A DNA stretch of 64,000 nucleotides from the human T2T-CHM13v2.0 reference genome, Homo sapiens. The stretch lies in the NCBI RefSeq assembly GCF_009914755.1, contig NC_060933.1; one strand, 5' to 3'. This document shows positions 40,001 to 54,900 of the stretch, piece by piece (the first letter of the stretch is position 1; the number at the start of each line of letters is the position of its first letter). The notes under the pieces are model-generated. The model did not search any database and was not told where the DNA came from. It saw only the letters and a program-made list of their open reading frames with translations. The translations under genes and the position numbers were made by a program.

Positions 40001-41501
40001 GTTTGCATTCAACTCATAGAGTTGAACACTTCCCTTCATACAGCAGGTTTGAAACACTCTTTTTCTAATATTTGGAAGTGGACATTTGCAGCGCTTTGAG
40101 GCCTATGTTGAAAAAGGAAATATCTTCCCCTAAAAACCAGACAGAAGCATTCTCAGAAACTTCCTTGTGATGTGTGTACTCAAGTAACAGAGTTGAACCT
40201 TCCTTTTGACAGAGCAGTTTTGAAGCACTCTTTTTGTAGAATCTGCAAGTGGATATTTTGATACCTCTGAGGATTTCGTTGGAAACGGGATTACATATAA
40301 AACCTAGAGAGAAGCATTCTCAGGAACTTCTTTGTGATGTTGGCCTTCAAGTCACAGGACTGAACATTCCCTTTCATAGAGCAGGTTTGAAACACTCTTT
40401 CTGTAGTATCTGCAAGCTGACGTTTCAAGCGCTTTCAGGCCTATGGTGAGAAAGGAAATATCTTCAAGTAAAAACTAGACAGAAGCATTCTCAGAAACTT
40501 ATTTGCCATGTGTGTTCTCAACTAACAGAGTTGAACCTTTGTTTTGATACGGCATTTTGGAAACACTCTTTTTGTAGAATCTGCAGGTGGATATTCGGAT
40601 AGCTTTGAAGGTTTCGTTGGAAACGGGAATATCTTCATATAAAATCTAGACGGAAGCATTCTCAGAAACTGCTTTGTGATGTTTTCATTCAAGTCACAGA
40701 GTAGAATGTTCCCTGTTATATACCAGGTTTGAGACACTCTTTCTGCACTACCTGGAAGTGGACGTTTGGAGCGCTTTGAGGCCTATGTTGAAAAAGGAAA
40801 TATCTTCCCATAAAAACTAGACAGAAGCATTCTCAGAAACTTGTTTGTGATGTGTGTATTCAACTAACAGAGATGAACCTTTCTTTTTACAGAGCAGTTT
40901 TGAAACACTCTTTTTGTGGAATCTGAAAGTGGATATTTGGATAGCTTTGAGGATTTCATTGGAAACGGGATTACATATAAAATCTAGGGAGAAGCATTCT
41001 CAGGAACTTCTTTGTGATGTTTGCATTCAAGTCACAGAACTGAACATTCCCTTTCATAGAGCAGGTTTGAAACACTCTTTCTGTAGTATCTGCAAGCGGA
41101 CGTTTCAAGCGCTTTCAGGCCTGTGGTGAAAAAGGAAATATCTTCAAATAAAAACTAGACAGAAGCATTCTCAGAAACTTATTTGCGATGTGTGTTCTCA
41201 GCTAACAGAGTTGAACATTTGTTTTGATACAGCATTTTGGAAACACTCTTTTTGTAGGATCTGCAGGTGGATATTTGGATAGCTTTGAAGGTTTCTTTGG
41301 AAACGGGAATATCTTCATATAAAATCAAGACAGAAGCATTCTCAGAAACTTCTCTGTGATGTTTGCATTCAACTCATAGAGTTGAACACTTCCTTTCATA
41401 GAGCTGGTTTGAAATACTCTTTTTATAATATTTGGAAGTGGACATTGGCAGCGCTTTGAAGCCTATGGTGAAAAAGGAGATATCTTCTCCTAAAAACCAG
41501 A
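33333..41501 (+). repeat. Three tandem 16-mer HOR units (starts 33333, 36056, 38779)
   Basis: Markers 33440, 36163, 38886, 41609 are each 2723 bp apart. Confidence 0.92.
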
Positions 41502-44053
41502 CAGAAGCATTCTCAGAATCTTTCTTGTGATGTGTGTACTCAAGTAACAGAGGTGAACCTTCATTTTGACAGAGCAGTTTTGAAGCACTCTTTTTGTAGA
41601 ATCTGCATGTGGATATTTTGATACCTTTGAGGATTTCGTTAGACACGGGATATCTTCATATAAAATCTAGACAGAAGCATTCTCAGAAACTTCATTGTGC
41701 TGTATGTCCTCAATTAACAGAGTTGAACCTTTGTGTGGATACAGCATTTTGGAAACATTCCTTTAGTAGAATCTGCAAGTTGATATTTAGATAGCTAGGA
41801 AGATTTCCTTGGAAACGGGAATATCTTCATATAAAATCTAGACGGAAGCATTCTCAGAAAGTGCTTTGTGATGTTTGCATTCAAGTCACAGAGTTGAATA
41901 TTCCCTTTTATAGAGCAGGTTTGAAACACTCTTTCTGCACTACCTGGAAGTGGACATTTGGAGCGCTTTGAGGCCTATGTTGAAAAAGGAAATATCTTCC
42001 CATAAAAACTAGACAGAAGCATTCTCAGAAACTTGTTTGTGATGTGTGTATTCAACTAACAGAGATGAACCTTTCTTTTTACTGAGCAGTTTTGAAACAC
42101 TCTTTTTGTGGAATCTGAAAGTGGATATTTGGATAGCTTTGAGGATTTCGTTGGAAACGGGATTACATATAAAACCTAGAGAGAAGCATTCTCAGGAACT
42201 TCTTTGTGATGTTTGCCTTCAAGTCACAGGACTGAACATTCCCTTTCATAGAGCAGGTTTGAAACACTCTTTCTGTAGTATCTGCAAGCTGACGTTTCAT
42301 GCGCTTTCAGGCCTATGGTGAGAAAGGAAATATCTTCAAGTAAAAACTAGACAGAAGCATTGTCAGAAACTTATTTGCCATGTGTGTTCTCAACTAACAG
42401 AGTTGAACCTTTGTTTTGATACGGCATTTTGGAAACACTCTTTTTGTAGAATCTGCAGGTGGATATTCGGATAGCTTTGAAGGTTTCGTTGGAAACGGGA
42501 ATATCTTCATATAAAATCTAGACGGAAGCATTCTCAGAAACTGCTTTGTGATGTTTTCATTCAAGTCACAGAGTAGAATGTTCCCTGTTATATACCAGGT
42601 TTGAGACACTCTTTCTGCACTACCTGGAAGTGGACATTTGGAGCGCTTTGAGGCCTATGATGAAAAAGGAAATATCTTCCCATAAAAACTAGACAGAAGC
42701 ATTCTCAGAAACTTGTTTGTGATGTGTGTATTCAACTAACAGAGATGAACCTTTCTTTTTACAGAGCAGTTTTGAAACACTCTTTTTGTGGAATCTGAAA
42801 GTGGATATTTGGATAGCTTTGAGGATTTCGTTGGAAACGGGATTACATATAAAATCTAGAGAGAAGCATTCTCAGGAACTTCTTTGTGATGTTTGCATTC
42901 ACGTCACAGAACTGAACATTCCCTTTCATAGAGCATGTTTGAAACACTCTTTCTGTAGTATCTGCAAACGGACATTTCAAACGCTTTCAGGCCTATGGTG
43001 AGAAAGGAAATATCTTCAAATAAAAACTAGACAGAAGCATTCTCAGAAACTTATTTGCGATGTGTGTCATCAACTAACAGAGTTGAACCTTTCTTTTGAT
43101 ACAACATTTTGGAAACACTCTTTTTGTAGAATCTGCAAGTGGATATTTGAATAGCTTTGAAGGTTTCGTTGGAAACGGGAATATCTTCATATAAAATCAA
43201 GACAGAAGCATTCTCAGAAACTTCTCGGTGATGTTTGCATTCAACTCATAGAGTTGAACACTTCCCTTCATACAGCAGGTTTGAAACACTCTTTTTGTAA
43301 TATTTGGAAGTGGACATTTGCAGCGCTTTGAGGCCTATGATGAAAAAGGTAATATCTTCCCATAAAAACTAGACAGAAGCATTCTCAGAAACTTGTTTGA
43401 GATGTGTGTATTCAACTAACAGAGATGAACCTTTCTTTTTACAGAGCAGTTTTGAAACACTCTTTTTGTGGAATCTGAAAGTGGATATTTGGATAGCTTT
43501 GCGGATTTCGTTGGAAACGGGATTACATATAAAATCTAGGGAGAAGCATTCTCAGGAACTTCTTTGTGATGTTTGCATTCAAGTCACAGAACTGAACATT
43601 CCCTTTCATAGATCAGGTTTGAAACACTCTTTCTGTAGTATCTGCAAGCGGACGTTTTAAGCGCTTTCAGGCCTGTGGTGAGAAAGGAAATATCTTCAAA
43701 TAAAAACTAGACAGAAGCATTCTCAGAAACTTATTTGCGATGTGTGTCCTCAACTAACAGAGTTGAACCTTTCTTTTGATACAACATTTTGGAAACACTC
43801 TTTTTGTAGAATCTGCAAGTGGATATTTGGATAGCTTTGAAGGTTTCGTTGGAAACGGGAATATCTTCATATGAAATCAAGACAGAAGCATTCTCAGAAA
43901 CTTCTCTGCGATGTTTGCATTCAACTCATAGAGTTGAACACTTCCCTTCATACAGCAGGTTTGAAACACTCTTTTTCTAATATTTGGAAGTGGACATTTG
44001 CAGCGCTTTGAGGCCTATGTTGAAAAAGGAAATATCTTCTCCTAAAAACCAGA
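41502..44053 (+). repeat. HOR unit, 15-mer (A, B, C)
   Basis: Marker spacing 41609 to 44161. Confidence 0.93.
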
Positions 44054-45925
44054 CAGAAGCATTCTCAGAAACTTCCTTGTGATGTGTGTACTCAAGTAAC
44101 AGAGTTGAATCTTCCTTTTGACAGAGCAGTTTTGAAGCACTCTTTTTGTAGAATCTGCAAGTGGATATTTTGATACCTTTGAGGATTTCGTTGGACACGG
44201 GATATCTTCATATAAAATCTAGACAGAAGCATTCTCAGAAACTTCTTTGTGCTGTATGTCCTCAATTAACAGAGTTGAACCTTTGTGTGGATACAGCATT
44301 TTGGAAACATTCCTTTAGTAGAATCTGCAAGTTGATATTTAGATAGCTAGGAAGATTTCCTTGGAAACGGGAATATCTTCATATAAAATCTAGACGGAAG
44401 CATTCTCAGAAAGTGCTTTGTGATGTTTGCATTCAAGTCACAGAGTTGAATATTCCCTTTTATAGAGCAGGTTTGAAACACTCTTTCTGCACTACCTGGA
44501 AGTGGACATTTGGAGCGCTTTGAGGCCTATGTTGAAAAAGGAAATATCTTCCCATAAAAACTAGACAGAAGCATTCTCAGAAACTTGTTTGTGATGTGTG
44601 TATTCAACTAACAGAGATGAACCTTTCTTTTTACAGAGCAGTTTTGAAACACTCTTTTTGTGGAATCTGAAAGTGGATATTTGGATAGCTTTGAGGATTT
44701 CGTTGGAAACGGGATTACATATAAAACCTAGAGAGAAGCATTCTCAGGAACTTCTTTGTGATGTTTGCCTTCAAGTCACAGGACTGAACATTCCCTTTCA
44801 TAGAGCAGGTTTGAAACACTCTTTCTGTAGTATCTGCAAGCTGACGTTTCATGCGCTTTCAGGCCTATGGTGAGAAAGGAAATATCTTCAAGTAAAAACT
44901 AGACAGAAGCATTGTCAGAAACTTATTTGCCATGTGTGTTCTCAACTAACAGAGTTGAACCTTTGTTTTGATACGGCATTTTGGAAACACTCTTTTTGTA
45001 GAATCTGCAGGTGGATATTCGGATAGCTTTGAAGGTTTCGTTGGAAACGGGAATATCTTCATATAAAATCTAGACCGAAGCATTCTCAGAAACTGCTTTG
45101 TGATGTTTTCATTCAAGTCACAGTGTAGAATGTTCCCTGTTATATACCAGGTTTGAGACACTCTTTCTGCACTACCTGGAAGTGGACGTTTGGAGCGCTT
45201 TGAGGCCTATGTTGAAAAAGGAAATATCTTCCCATAAAAACTAGACAGAAGCATTCTCAGAAACTTGTTTCTGATGTGTGTATTCAACTAACAGAGATGA
45301 ACCTTTCTTTTTACAGAGTAGTTTTGAAACACTCTTTTTGTGGAATCTGAAAGTGGATATTTGGATAGCTTTGCGGATTTCGTTGGAAACGGGATTACAT
45401 ATAAAATCTAGGGAGAAGCATTCTCAGGAACTTCTTTGTGATGTTTGCATTCAAGTCACAGAACTGAACATTCCCTTTCATAGAGCAGGTTTGAAACACT
45501 CTTTCTGTAGTATCTGCAAGTGGACGTTTCAAGCGCTTTCAGGCCTGTGGTGAAAAAGGAAATATCTTCAAATAAAAACTAGACAGAAGCATTCTCAGAA
45601 ACTTATTTGCGATGTGTGTTCTCAGCTAAGAGAGTTGAACCTTTGTTTTGATACAGCATTTTGGAAACACTCTTTTTGTAGGATCTGCAGGTGGATATTT
45701 GGATAGCTTTGAAGGTTTCTTTGGAAACGGGAATATCTTCATATAATATCAAGACAGAAGCATTCTCAGAAACTTCTCTGTTCTGTTTGCATTCAACTCA
45801 TAGAGTTGAACACTTCCTTTCATACAGCAGGTTTGAAACACTCTTTTTCTAATATTTGGAAGTGGACATTTGCAGCGCTTTGAGGCCTATGTTGAAAAAG
45901 GAAATATCTTCTCCTAAAAACCAGA
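44054..45925 (+). repeat. HOR unit, 11-mer (A, D)
   Basis: Marker spacing 44161 to 46033. Confidence 0.93.
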
Positions 45926-48900
45926 CAGAAGCATTCTCAGAAACTTCCTTGTGATGTGTGTACTCAAGTAACAGAGTTGAACCTTCCTTTTGACAGAGCA
46001 GTTTTGAAGCACTCTTTTTGTAGAATCTGCAAGTGGATATTTTGATACCTTTGAGGATTTCGTTGGACACGGGATATCTTCATATAAAATCTAGACAGAA
46101 GCATTCTCAGAAACTTCTTTGTGCTGTATGTCCTCAATTAACAGAGTTGAACCTTTGTGTGGATACAGCATTTTGGAAACATTCCTTTAGTAGAATCTGC
46201 AAGTTGATATTTAGATAGCTAGGAAGATTTCCTTGGAAACGGGAATATCTTCATATAAAATCTAGACGGAAGCATTCTCAGAAAGTGCTTTGTGATGTTT
46301 GCATTCAAGTCACAGAGTTGAATATTCCCTTTTATAGAGTAGGTTTGAAACACTCTTTCTGCACTACCTGGAAGTGGACATTTGGAGCGCTTTGAGGCCT
46401 ATGTTGAAAAAGGAAATATCTTCCCATAAAAACTAGACAGAAGCATTCTCAGAAACTTGTTTGTGATGTGTGTATTCAACTAACAGAGATGAACCTTTCT
46501 TTTTACAGAGCAGTTTTGGAACACTCTTTTTGTGGAATCTGAAAGTGGATATTTGGATAGCTTTGAGGATTTCGTTGGAAACGGGATTACATATAAAACC
46601 TAGAGAGAAGCATTCTCAGGAACTTCTTTGTGATGTTTGCCTTCAAGTCACAGGACTGAACATTCCCTTTCATAGAGCAGGTTTGAAACACTCTTTCTGT
46701 AGTATCTGCAAGCTGACGTTTCATGCGCTTTCAGGCCTATGGTGAGAAAGGAAATATCTTCAAGTAAAAACTAGACAGAAGCATTGTCAGAAACTTATTT
46801 GCCATGTGTGTTCTCAACTAACAGAGTTGAACCTTTGTTTTGATACGGCATTTTGGAAACACTCTTTTTGTAGAATCTGCAGGTGGATATTCGGATAGCT
46901 TTGAAGGTTTCGTTGGAAACGGGAATATCTTCATATAAAATCTAGACGGAAGCATTCTCAGAAACTGCTTTGTGATGTTTTCATTCAAGTCACAGTGTAG
47001 AATGTTCCCTGTTATATACCAGGTTTGAGACACTCTTTCTGCACTACCTGGAAGTGGACGTTTGGAGCGCTTTGAGGCCTATGTTGAAAAAGGAAATATC
47101 TTCCCATAAAATCAAGACAGAAGCATTCTCAGAAACTTCTCTGTGATGTTTGCATTCAACTCATAGAGTTGAACACTTCCCTTCATACAGCAGGTTTGAA
47201 ACACTCTTTTTCTAATATTTGGAAGTGGACATTTGCAGCGCTTTGAGGCCTATGTTGAAAAAGGAAATATCTTCCCCTAAAAACCAGACAGAAGCATTCT
47301 CAGAAACTTCCTTGTGATGTGTGTACTCAAGTAACAGAGTTGAACCTTCCTTTTGACAGAGCAGTTTTGAAGCACTCTTTTTGTAGAATCTGCAAGTGGA
47401 TATTTTGATACCTCTGAGGATTTCGTTGGAAACGGGATTACATATAAAACCTAGAGAGAAGCATTCTCAGGAACTTCTTTGTGATGTTGGCCTTCAAGTC
47501 ACAGGACTGAACATTCCCTTTCATAGAGCAGGTTTGAAACACTCTTTCTGTAGTATCTGCAAGCTGACGTTTCAAGCGCTTTCAGGCCTATGGTGAGAAA
47601 GGAAATATCTTCAAGTAAAAACTAGACAGAAGCATTCTCAGAAACTTATTTGCCATGTGTGTTCTCAACTAACAGAGTTGAACCTTTGTTTTGATACGGC
47701 ATTTTGGAAACACTCTTTTTGTAGAATCTGCAGGTGGATATTCGGATAGCTTTGAAGGTTTCGTTGGAAACGGGAATATCTTCATATAAAATCTAGACGG
47801 AAGCATTCTCAGAAACTGCTTTGTGATGTTTTCATTCAAGTCACAGAGTAGAATGTTCCCTGTTATATACCAGGTTTGAGACACTCTTTCTGCACTACCT
47901 GGAAGTGGACGTTTGGAGCGCTTTGAGGCGTATGTTGAAAAAGGAAATATCTTCCCATAAAAACTAGACAGAAGCATTCTCAGAAACTTGTTTGTGATGT
48001 GTGTATTCAACTAACAGAGATGAACCTTTCTTTTTACAGAGCAGTTTTGAAACACTCTTTTTGTGGAATCTGAAAGTGGATATTTGGATAGCTTTGAGGA
48101 TTTCGTTGGAAACGGGATTACATATAAAATCTAGAGAGAAGCATTCTCAGGAACTTCTTTGTGATGTTTGCATTCACGTCACTGAACTGAACATTCCCTT
48201 TCATAGAGCATGTTTGAAACACTCTTTCTGTAGTATCTGCAAACGGACATTTCAAACGCTTTCAGGCCTATGGTGAGAAAGGAAATATCTTCAAATAAAA
48301 ACTAGACAGAAGCATTCTCAGAAACTTATTTGCGATGTGTGTCCTCAACTAACAGAGTTGAACCTTTCTTTTGATACAACATTTTGGAACCACTCTTTTT
48401 GTAGAATCTGCAAGTGGATATTTGGATAGCTTTGAAGGTTTCGTTGGAAACGGGAATATCTTCATATAAAATCAAGACAGAAGCATTCTCAGAAACTTCC
48501 CTGTGATGTTTGCATTCAACTCATAGAGTTGAACACTTCCCTTCATACAGCAGGTTTGAAACACTCTTTTTCTAATATTTGGAAGTGGACATTTGCAGCG
48601 CTTTGAGGCCTAAGTTGAAAAAGGAAATATCTTCTCCTAAAAACCAGACAGAAGCATTCTCAGAAACTTCCTTGTGATGTGTGTACTCAAGTAACAGAGT
48701 TGAACCTTCCTTTTGACAGAGCAGTTTGGAAGCACTCTTTTTGTAGAATCTGCAAGTGGATATTTTGATACCTTTGAGGATTTCGTTGGACACGGGATAT
48801 CTTCATATAAAATCTAGACAGAAGCATTCTCAGAAACTTCTTTGTGCTGTATGTCCTCAATTAACAGAGTTGAACCTTTGTGTGGATACAGCATTTTGGA

Positions 48901-51900
48901 AACATTCCTTTAGTAGAATCTGCAAGTTGATATTTAGATAGCTAGGAAGATTTCCTTGGAAACGGGAATATCTTCATATAAAATCTAGACGGAAGCATTC
49001 TCAGAAAGTGCTTTGTGATGTTTGCATTCAAGTCACAGAGTTGAATATTCCCTTTTATAGAGCAGGTTTGAAGCACTCTTTCTGCACTACCTGGAAGTGG
49101 ACATTTGGAGGGCTTTGAGGCCTATGTTGAAAAAGGAAATATCTTCCCATAAAAACTAGACAGAAGCATTCTCAGAAACTTGTTTGTGATGTGTGTATTC
49201 AACTAACAGAGATGAACCTTTCTTTTTACAGAGCAGTTTTGAAACACTCTTTTTGTGGAATCTGAAAGTGGATATTTGGATAGCTTTGAGGATTTCGTTG
49301 GAAACGGGATTACATATAAAACCTAGAGAGAAGCATTCTCAGGAACTACTTTGTGATGTTTGCCTTCAAGTCACAGGACTGAACATTCCCTTTCATAGAG
49401 CAGGTTTGAAACACTCTTTCTGTAGTATCTGCAAGCTGACGTTTCATGCGCTTTCAGGCCTATGGTGAGAAAGGAAATATCTTCAAGTAAAAACTAGACA
49501 GAAGCATTCTCAGAAACTTATTTGCCATGTGTGTTCTCAACTAACAGAGTTGAACCTTTGTTTTGATGCGGCATTTTGGAAACACTCTTTTTGTAGAATC
49601 TGCAGGAGGATATTCGGATAGCTTTGAAGGTTTCGTTGGAAACGGGAATATCTTCATATAAAATCTAGACGGAAGCATTCTCAGAAAGTGCTTTGTGATG
49701 TTTGCATTCAAGTCACAGAGTTGAATATTCCCTTTTATAGAGCAGGTTTGAAACACTCTTTCTGCACTACCTGGAAGTGGACATTTGGAGCGCTTTGAGG
49801 CCTATGTTGAAAAAGGAAATATCTTCCCATAAAAACTAGACAGAAGCATTCTCAGAAACTTGTTTGTGATGTGTGTATTCAACTAACAGAGATGAACCTT
49901 TCTTTTTACAGAGCAGTTTTGAAACACTCTTTTTGTGGAATCTGAAAGTGGATATTTGGATAGCTTTGAGGATTTCGTTGGAAACGGGATTACATATAAA
50001 ACCTAGAGAGAAGCATTCTCAGGAACTTCTTTGTGATGTTTGCCTTCAAGTCACAGGACTGAACATTCCCTTTCATAGAGCAGGTTTGAAACACTCTTTC
50101 TGTAGTATCTGCAAGCTGACGTTTCATGCGCTTTCAGGCCTATGGTGAGAAAGGAAATATCTTCAAGTAAAAACTAGACAGAAGCATTGTCAGAAACTTA
50201 TTTGCCATGTGTGTTCTCAACTAACAGAGTTGAACCTTTGTTTTGATACGGCATTTTGGAAACACTCTTTTTGTAGAATCTGCAGGTGGATATTCGGATA
50301 GCTTTGAAGGTTTCGTTGGAAACGGGAATATCTTCATATAAAATCTAGACGGAAGCATTCTCAGAAACTGCTTTGTGATGTTTTCATTCAAGTCACAGTG
50401 TAGAATGTTCCCTGTTATATACCAGGTTTGAGACACTCTTTCTGCACTACCTGGAAGTGGACGTTTGGAGCGCTTTGAGGCCTATGTTGAAAAAGGAAAT
50501 ATCTTCCCATAAAAACTAGACAGAAGCATTCTCAGAAACTTGTTTCTGATGTGTGTATTCAACTAACAGAGATGAACCTTTCTTTTTACAGAGTAGTTTT
50601 GAAACACTCTTTTTGTGGAATCTGAAAGTGGATATTTGGATAGCTTTGCGGATTTCGTTGGAAACGGGATTACATATAAAATCTAGGGAGAAGCATTCTC
50701 AGGAACTTCTTTGTGATGTTTGCATTCAAGTCACAGAACTGAACATTCCCTTTCATAGAGCAGGTTTGAAACACTCTTTCTGTAGTATCTGCAAGTGGAC
50801 GTTTCAAGCGCTTTCAGGCCTGTGGTGAAAAAGGAAATATCTTCAAATAAAAACTAGACAGAAGCATTCTCAGAAACTTATTTGCGATGTGTGTTCTCAG
50901 CTAAGAGAGTTGAACCTTTGTTTTGATACAGCATTTTGGAAACACTCTTTTTGTAGGATCTGCAGGTGGATATTTGGATAGCTTTGAAGGTTTCTTTGGA
51001 AACGGGAATATCTTCATATAATATCAAGACAGAAGCATTCTCAGAAACTTCTCTGTTCTGTTTGCATTCAACTCATAGAGTTGAACACTTCCTTTCATAC
51101 AGCAGGTTTGAAACACTCTTTTTCTAATATTTGGAAGTGGACATTTGCAGCGCTTTGAGGCCTATGTTGAAAAAGGAAATATCTTCTCCTAAAAACCAGA
51201 CAGAAGCATTCTCAGAAACTTCCTTGTGATGTGTGTACTCAAGTAACAGAGTTGAACCTTCCTTTTGACAGAGCAGTTTTGAAGCACTCTTTTTGTAGAA
51301 TCTGCAAGTGGATATTTTGATACCTTTGAGGATTTCGTTGGACACGGGATATCTTCATATAAAATCTAGACAGAAGCATTCTCAGAAACTTCTTTGTGCT
51401 GTATGTCCTCAATTAACAGAGTTGAACCTTTGTGTGGATACAGCATTTTGGAAACATTCCTTTAGTAGAATCTGCAAGTTGATATTTAGATAGCTAGGAA
51501 GATTTCCTTGGAAACGGGAATATCTTCATATAAAATCTAGACGGAAGCATTCTCAGAAAGTGCTTTGTGATGTTTGCATTCAAGTCACAGAGTTGAATAT
51601 TCCCTTTTATAGAGTAGGTTTGAAACACTCTTTCTGCACTACCTGGAAGTGGACATTTGGAGCGCTTTGAGGCCTATGTTGAAAAAGGAAATATCTTCCC
51701 ATAAAAACTAGACAGAAGCATTCTCAGAAACTTGTTTGTGATGTGTGTATTCAACTAACAGAGATGAACCTTTCTTTTTACAGAGCAGTTTTGGAACACT
51801 CTTTTTGTGGAATCTGAAAGTGGATATTTGGATAGCTTTGAGGATTTCGTTGGAAACGGGATTACATATAAAACCTAGAGAGAAGCATTCTCAGGAACTT

Positions 51901-54900
51901 CTTTGTGATGTTTGCCTTCAAGTCACAGGACTGAACATTCCCTTTCATAGAGCAGGTTTGAAACACTCTTTCTGTAGTATCTGCAAGCTGACGTTTCATG
52001 CGCTTTCAGGCCTATGGTGAGAAAGGAAATATCTTCAAGTAAAAACTAGACAGAAGCATTGTCAGAAACTTATTTGCCATGTGTGTTCTCAACTAACAGA
52101 GTTGAACCTTTGTTTTGATACGGCATTTTGGAAACACTCTTTTTGTAGAATCTGCAGGTGGATATTCGGATAGCTTTGAAGGTTTCGTTGGAAACGGGAA
52201 TATCTTCATATAAAATCTAGACGGAAGCATTCTCAGAAACTGCTTTGTGATGTTTTCATTCAAGTCACAGTGTAGAATGTTCCCTGTTATATACCAGGTT
52301 TGAGACACTCTTTCTGCACTACCTGGAAGTGGACGTTTGGAGCGCTTTGAGGCCTATGTTGAAAAAGGAAATATCTTCCCATAAAATCAAGACAGAAGCA
52401 TTCTCAGAAACTTCTCTGTGATGTTTGCATTCAACTCATAGAGTTGAACACTTCCCTTCATACAGCAGGTTTGAAACACTCTTTTTCTAATATTTGGAAG
52501 TGGACATTTGCAGCGCTTTGAGGCCTATGTTGAAAAAGGAAATATCTTCCCCTAAAAACCAGACAGAAGCATTCTCAGAAACTTCCTTGTGATGTGTGTA
52601 CTCAAGTAACAGAGTTGAACCTTCCTTTTGACAGAGCAGTTTTGAAGCACTCTTTTTGTAGAATCTGCAAGTGGATATTTTGATACCTCTGAGGATTTCG
52701 TTGGAAACGGGATTACATATAAAACCTAGAGAGAAGCATTCTCAGGAACTTCTTTGTGATGTTGGCCTTCAAGTCACAGGACTGAACATTCCCTTTCATA
52801 GAGCAGGTTTGAAACACTCTTTCTGTAGTATCTGCAAGCTGACGTTTCAAGCGCTTTCAGGCCTATGGTGAGAAAGGAAATATCTTCAAGTAAAAACTAG
52901 ACAGAAGCATTCTCAGAAACTTATTTGCCATGTGTGTTCTCAACTAACAGAGTTGAACCTTTGTTTTGATACGGCATTTTGGAAACACTCTTTTTGTAGA
53001 ATCTGCAGGTGGATATTCGGATAGCTTTGAAGGTTTCGTTGGAAACGGGAATATCTTCATATAAAATCTAGACGGAAGCATTCTCAGAAACTGCTTTGTG
53101 ATGTTTTCATTCAAGTCACAGAGTAGAATGTTCCCTGTTATATACCAGGTTTGAGACACTCTTTCTGCACTACCTGGAAGTGGACGTTTGGAGCGCTTTG
53201 AGGCGTATGTTGAAAAAGGAAATATCTTCCCATAAAAACTAGACAGAAGCATTCTCAGAAACTTGTTTGTGATGTGTGTATTCAACTAACAGAGATGAAC
53301 CTTTCTTTTTACAGAGCAGTTTTGAAACACTCTTTTTGTGGAATCTGAAAGTGGATATTTGGATAGCTTTGAGGATTTCGTTGGAAACGGGATTACATAT
53401 AAAATCTAGAGAGAAGCATTCTCAGGAACTTCTTTGTGATGTTTGCATTCACGTCACTGAACTGAACATTCCCTTTCATAGAGCATGTTTGAAACACTCT
53501 TTCTGTAGTATCTGCAAACGGACATTTCAAACGCTTTCAGGCCTATGGTGAGAAAGGAAATATCTTCAAATAAAAACTAGACAGAAGCATTCTCAGAAAC
53601 TTATTTGCGATGTGTGTCCTCAACTAACAGAGTTGAACCTTTCTTTTGATACAACATTTTGGAACCACTCTTTTTGTAGAATCTGCAAGTGGATATTTGG
53701 ATAGCTTTGAAGGTTTCGTTGGAAACGGGAATATCTTCATATAAAATCAAGACAGAAGCATTCTCAGAAACTTCCCTGTGATGTTTGCATTCAACTCATA
53801 GAGTTGAACACTTCCCTTCATACAGCAGGTTTGAAACACTCTTTTTCTAATATTTGGAAGTGGACATTTGCAGCGCTTTGAGGCCTAAGTTGAAAAAGGA
53901 AATATCTTCTCCTAAAAACCAGACAGAAGCATTCTCAGAAACTTCCTTGTGATGTGTGTACTCAAGTAACAGAGTTGAACCTTCCTTTTGACAGAGCAGT
54001 TTGGAAGCACTCTTTTTGTAGAATCTGCAAGTGGATATTTTGATACCTTTGAGGATTTCGTTGGACACGGGATATCTTCATATAAAATCTAGACAGAAGC
54101 ATTCTCAGAAACTTCTTTGTGCTGTATGTCCTCAATTAACAGAGTTGAACCTTTGTGTGGATACAGCATTTTGGAAACATTCCTTTAGTAGAATCTGCAA
54201 GTTGATATTTAGATAGCTAGGAAGATTTCCTTGGAAACGGGAATATCTTCATATAAAATCTAGACGGAAGCATTCTCAGAAAGTGCTTTGTGATGTTTGC
54301 ATTCAAGTCACAGAGTTGAATATTCCCTTTTATAGAGCAGGTTTGAAGCACTCTTTCTGCACTACCTGGAAGTGGACATTTGGAGGGCTTTGAGGCCTAT
54401 GTTGAAAAAGGAAATATCTTCCCATAAAAACTAGACAGAAGCATTCTCAGAAACTTGTTTGTGATGTGTGTATTCAACTAACAGAGATGAACCTTTCTTT
54501 TTACAGAGCAGTTTTGAAACACTCTTTTTGTGGAATCTGAAAGTGGATATTTGGATAGCTTTGAGGATTTCGTTGGAAACGGGATTACATATAAAACCTA
54601 GAGAGAAGCATTCTCAGGAACTACTTTGTGATGTTTGCCTTCAAGTCACAGGACTGAACATTCCCTTTCATAGAGCAGGTTTGAAACACTCTTTCTGTAG
54701 TATCTGCAAGCTGACGTTTCATGCGCTTTCAGGCCTATGGTGAGAAAGGAAATATCTTCAAGTAAAAACTAGACAGAAGCATTCTCAGAAACTTATTTGC
54801 CATGTGTGTTCTCAACTAACAGAGTTGAACCTTTGTTTTGATGCGGCATTTTGGAAACACTCTTTTTGTAGAATCTGCAGGAGGATATTCGGATAGCTTT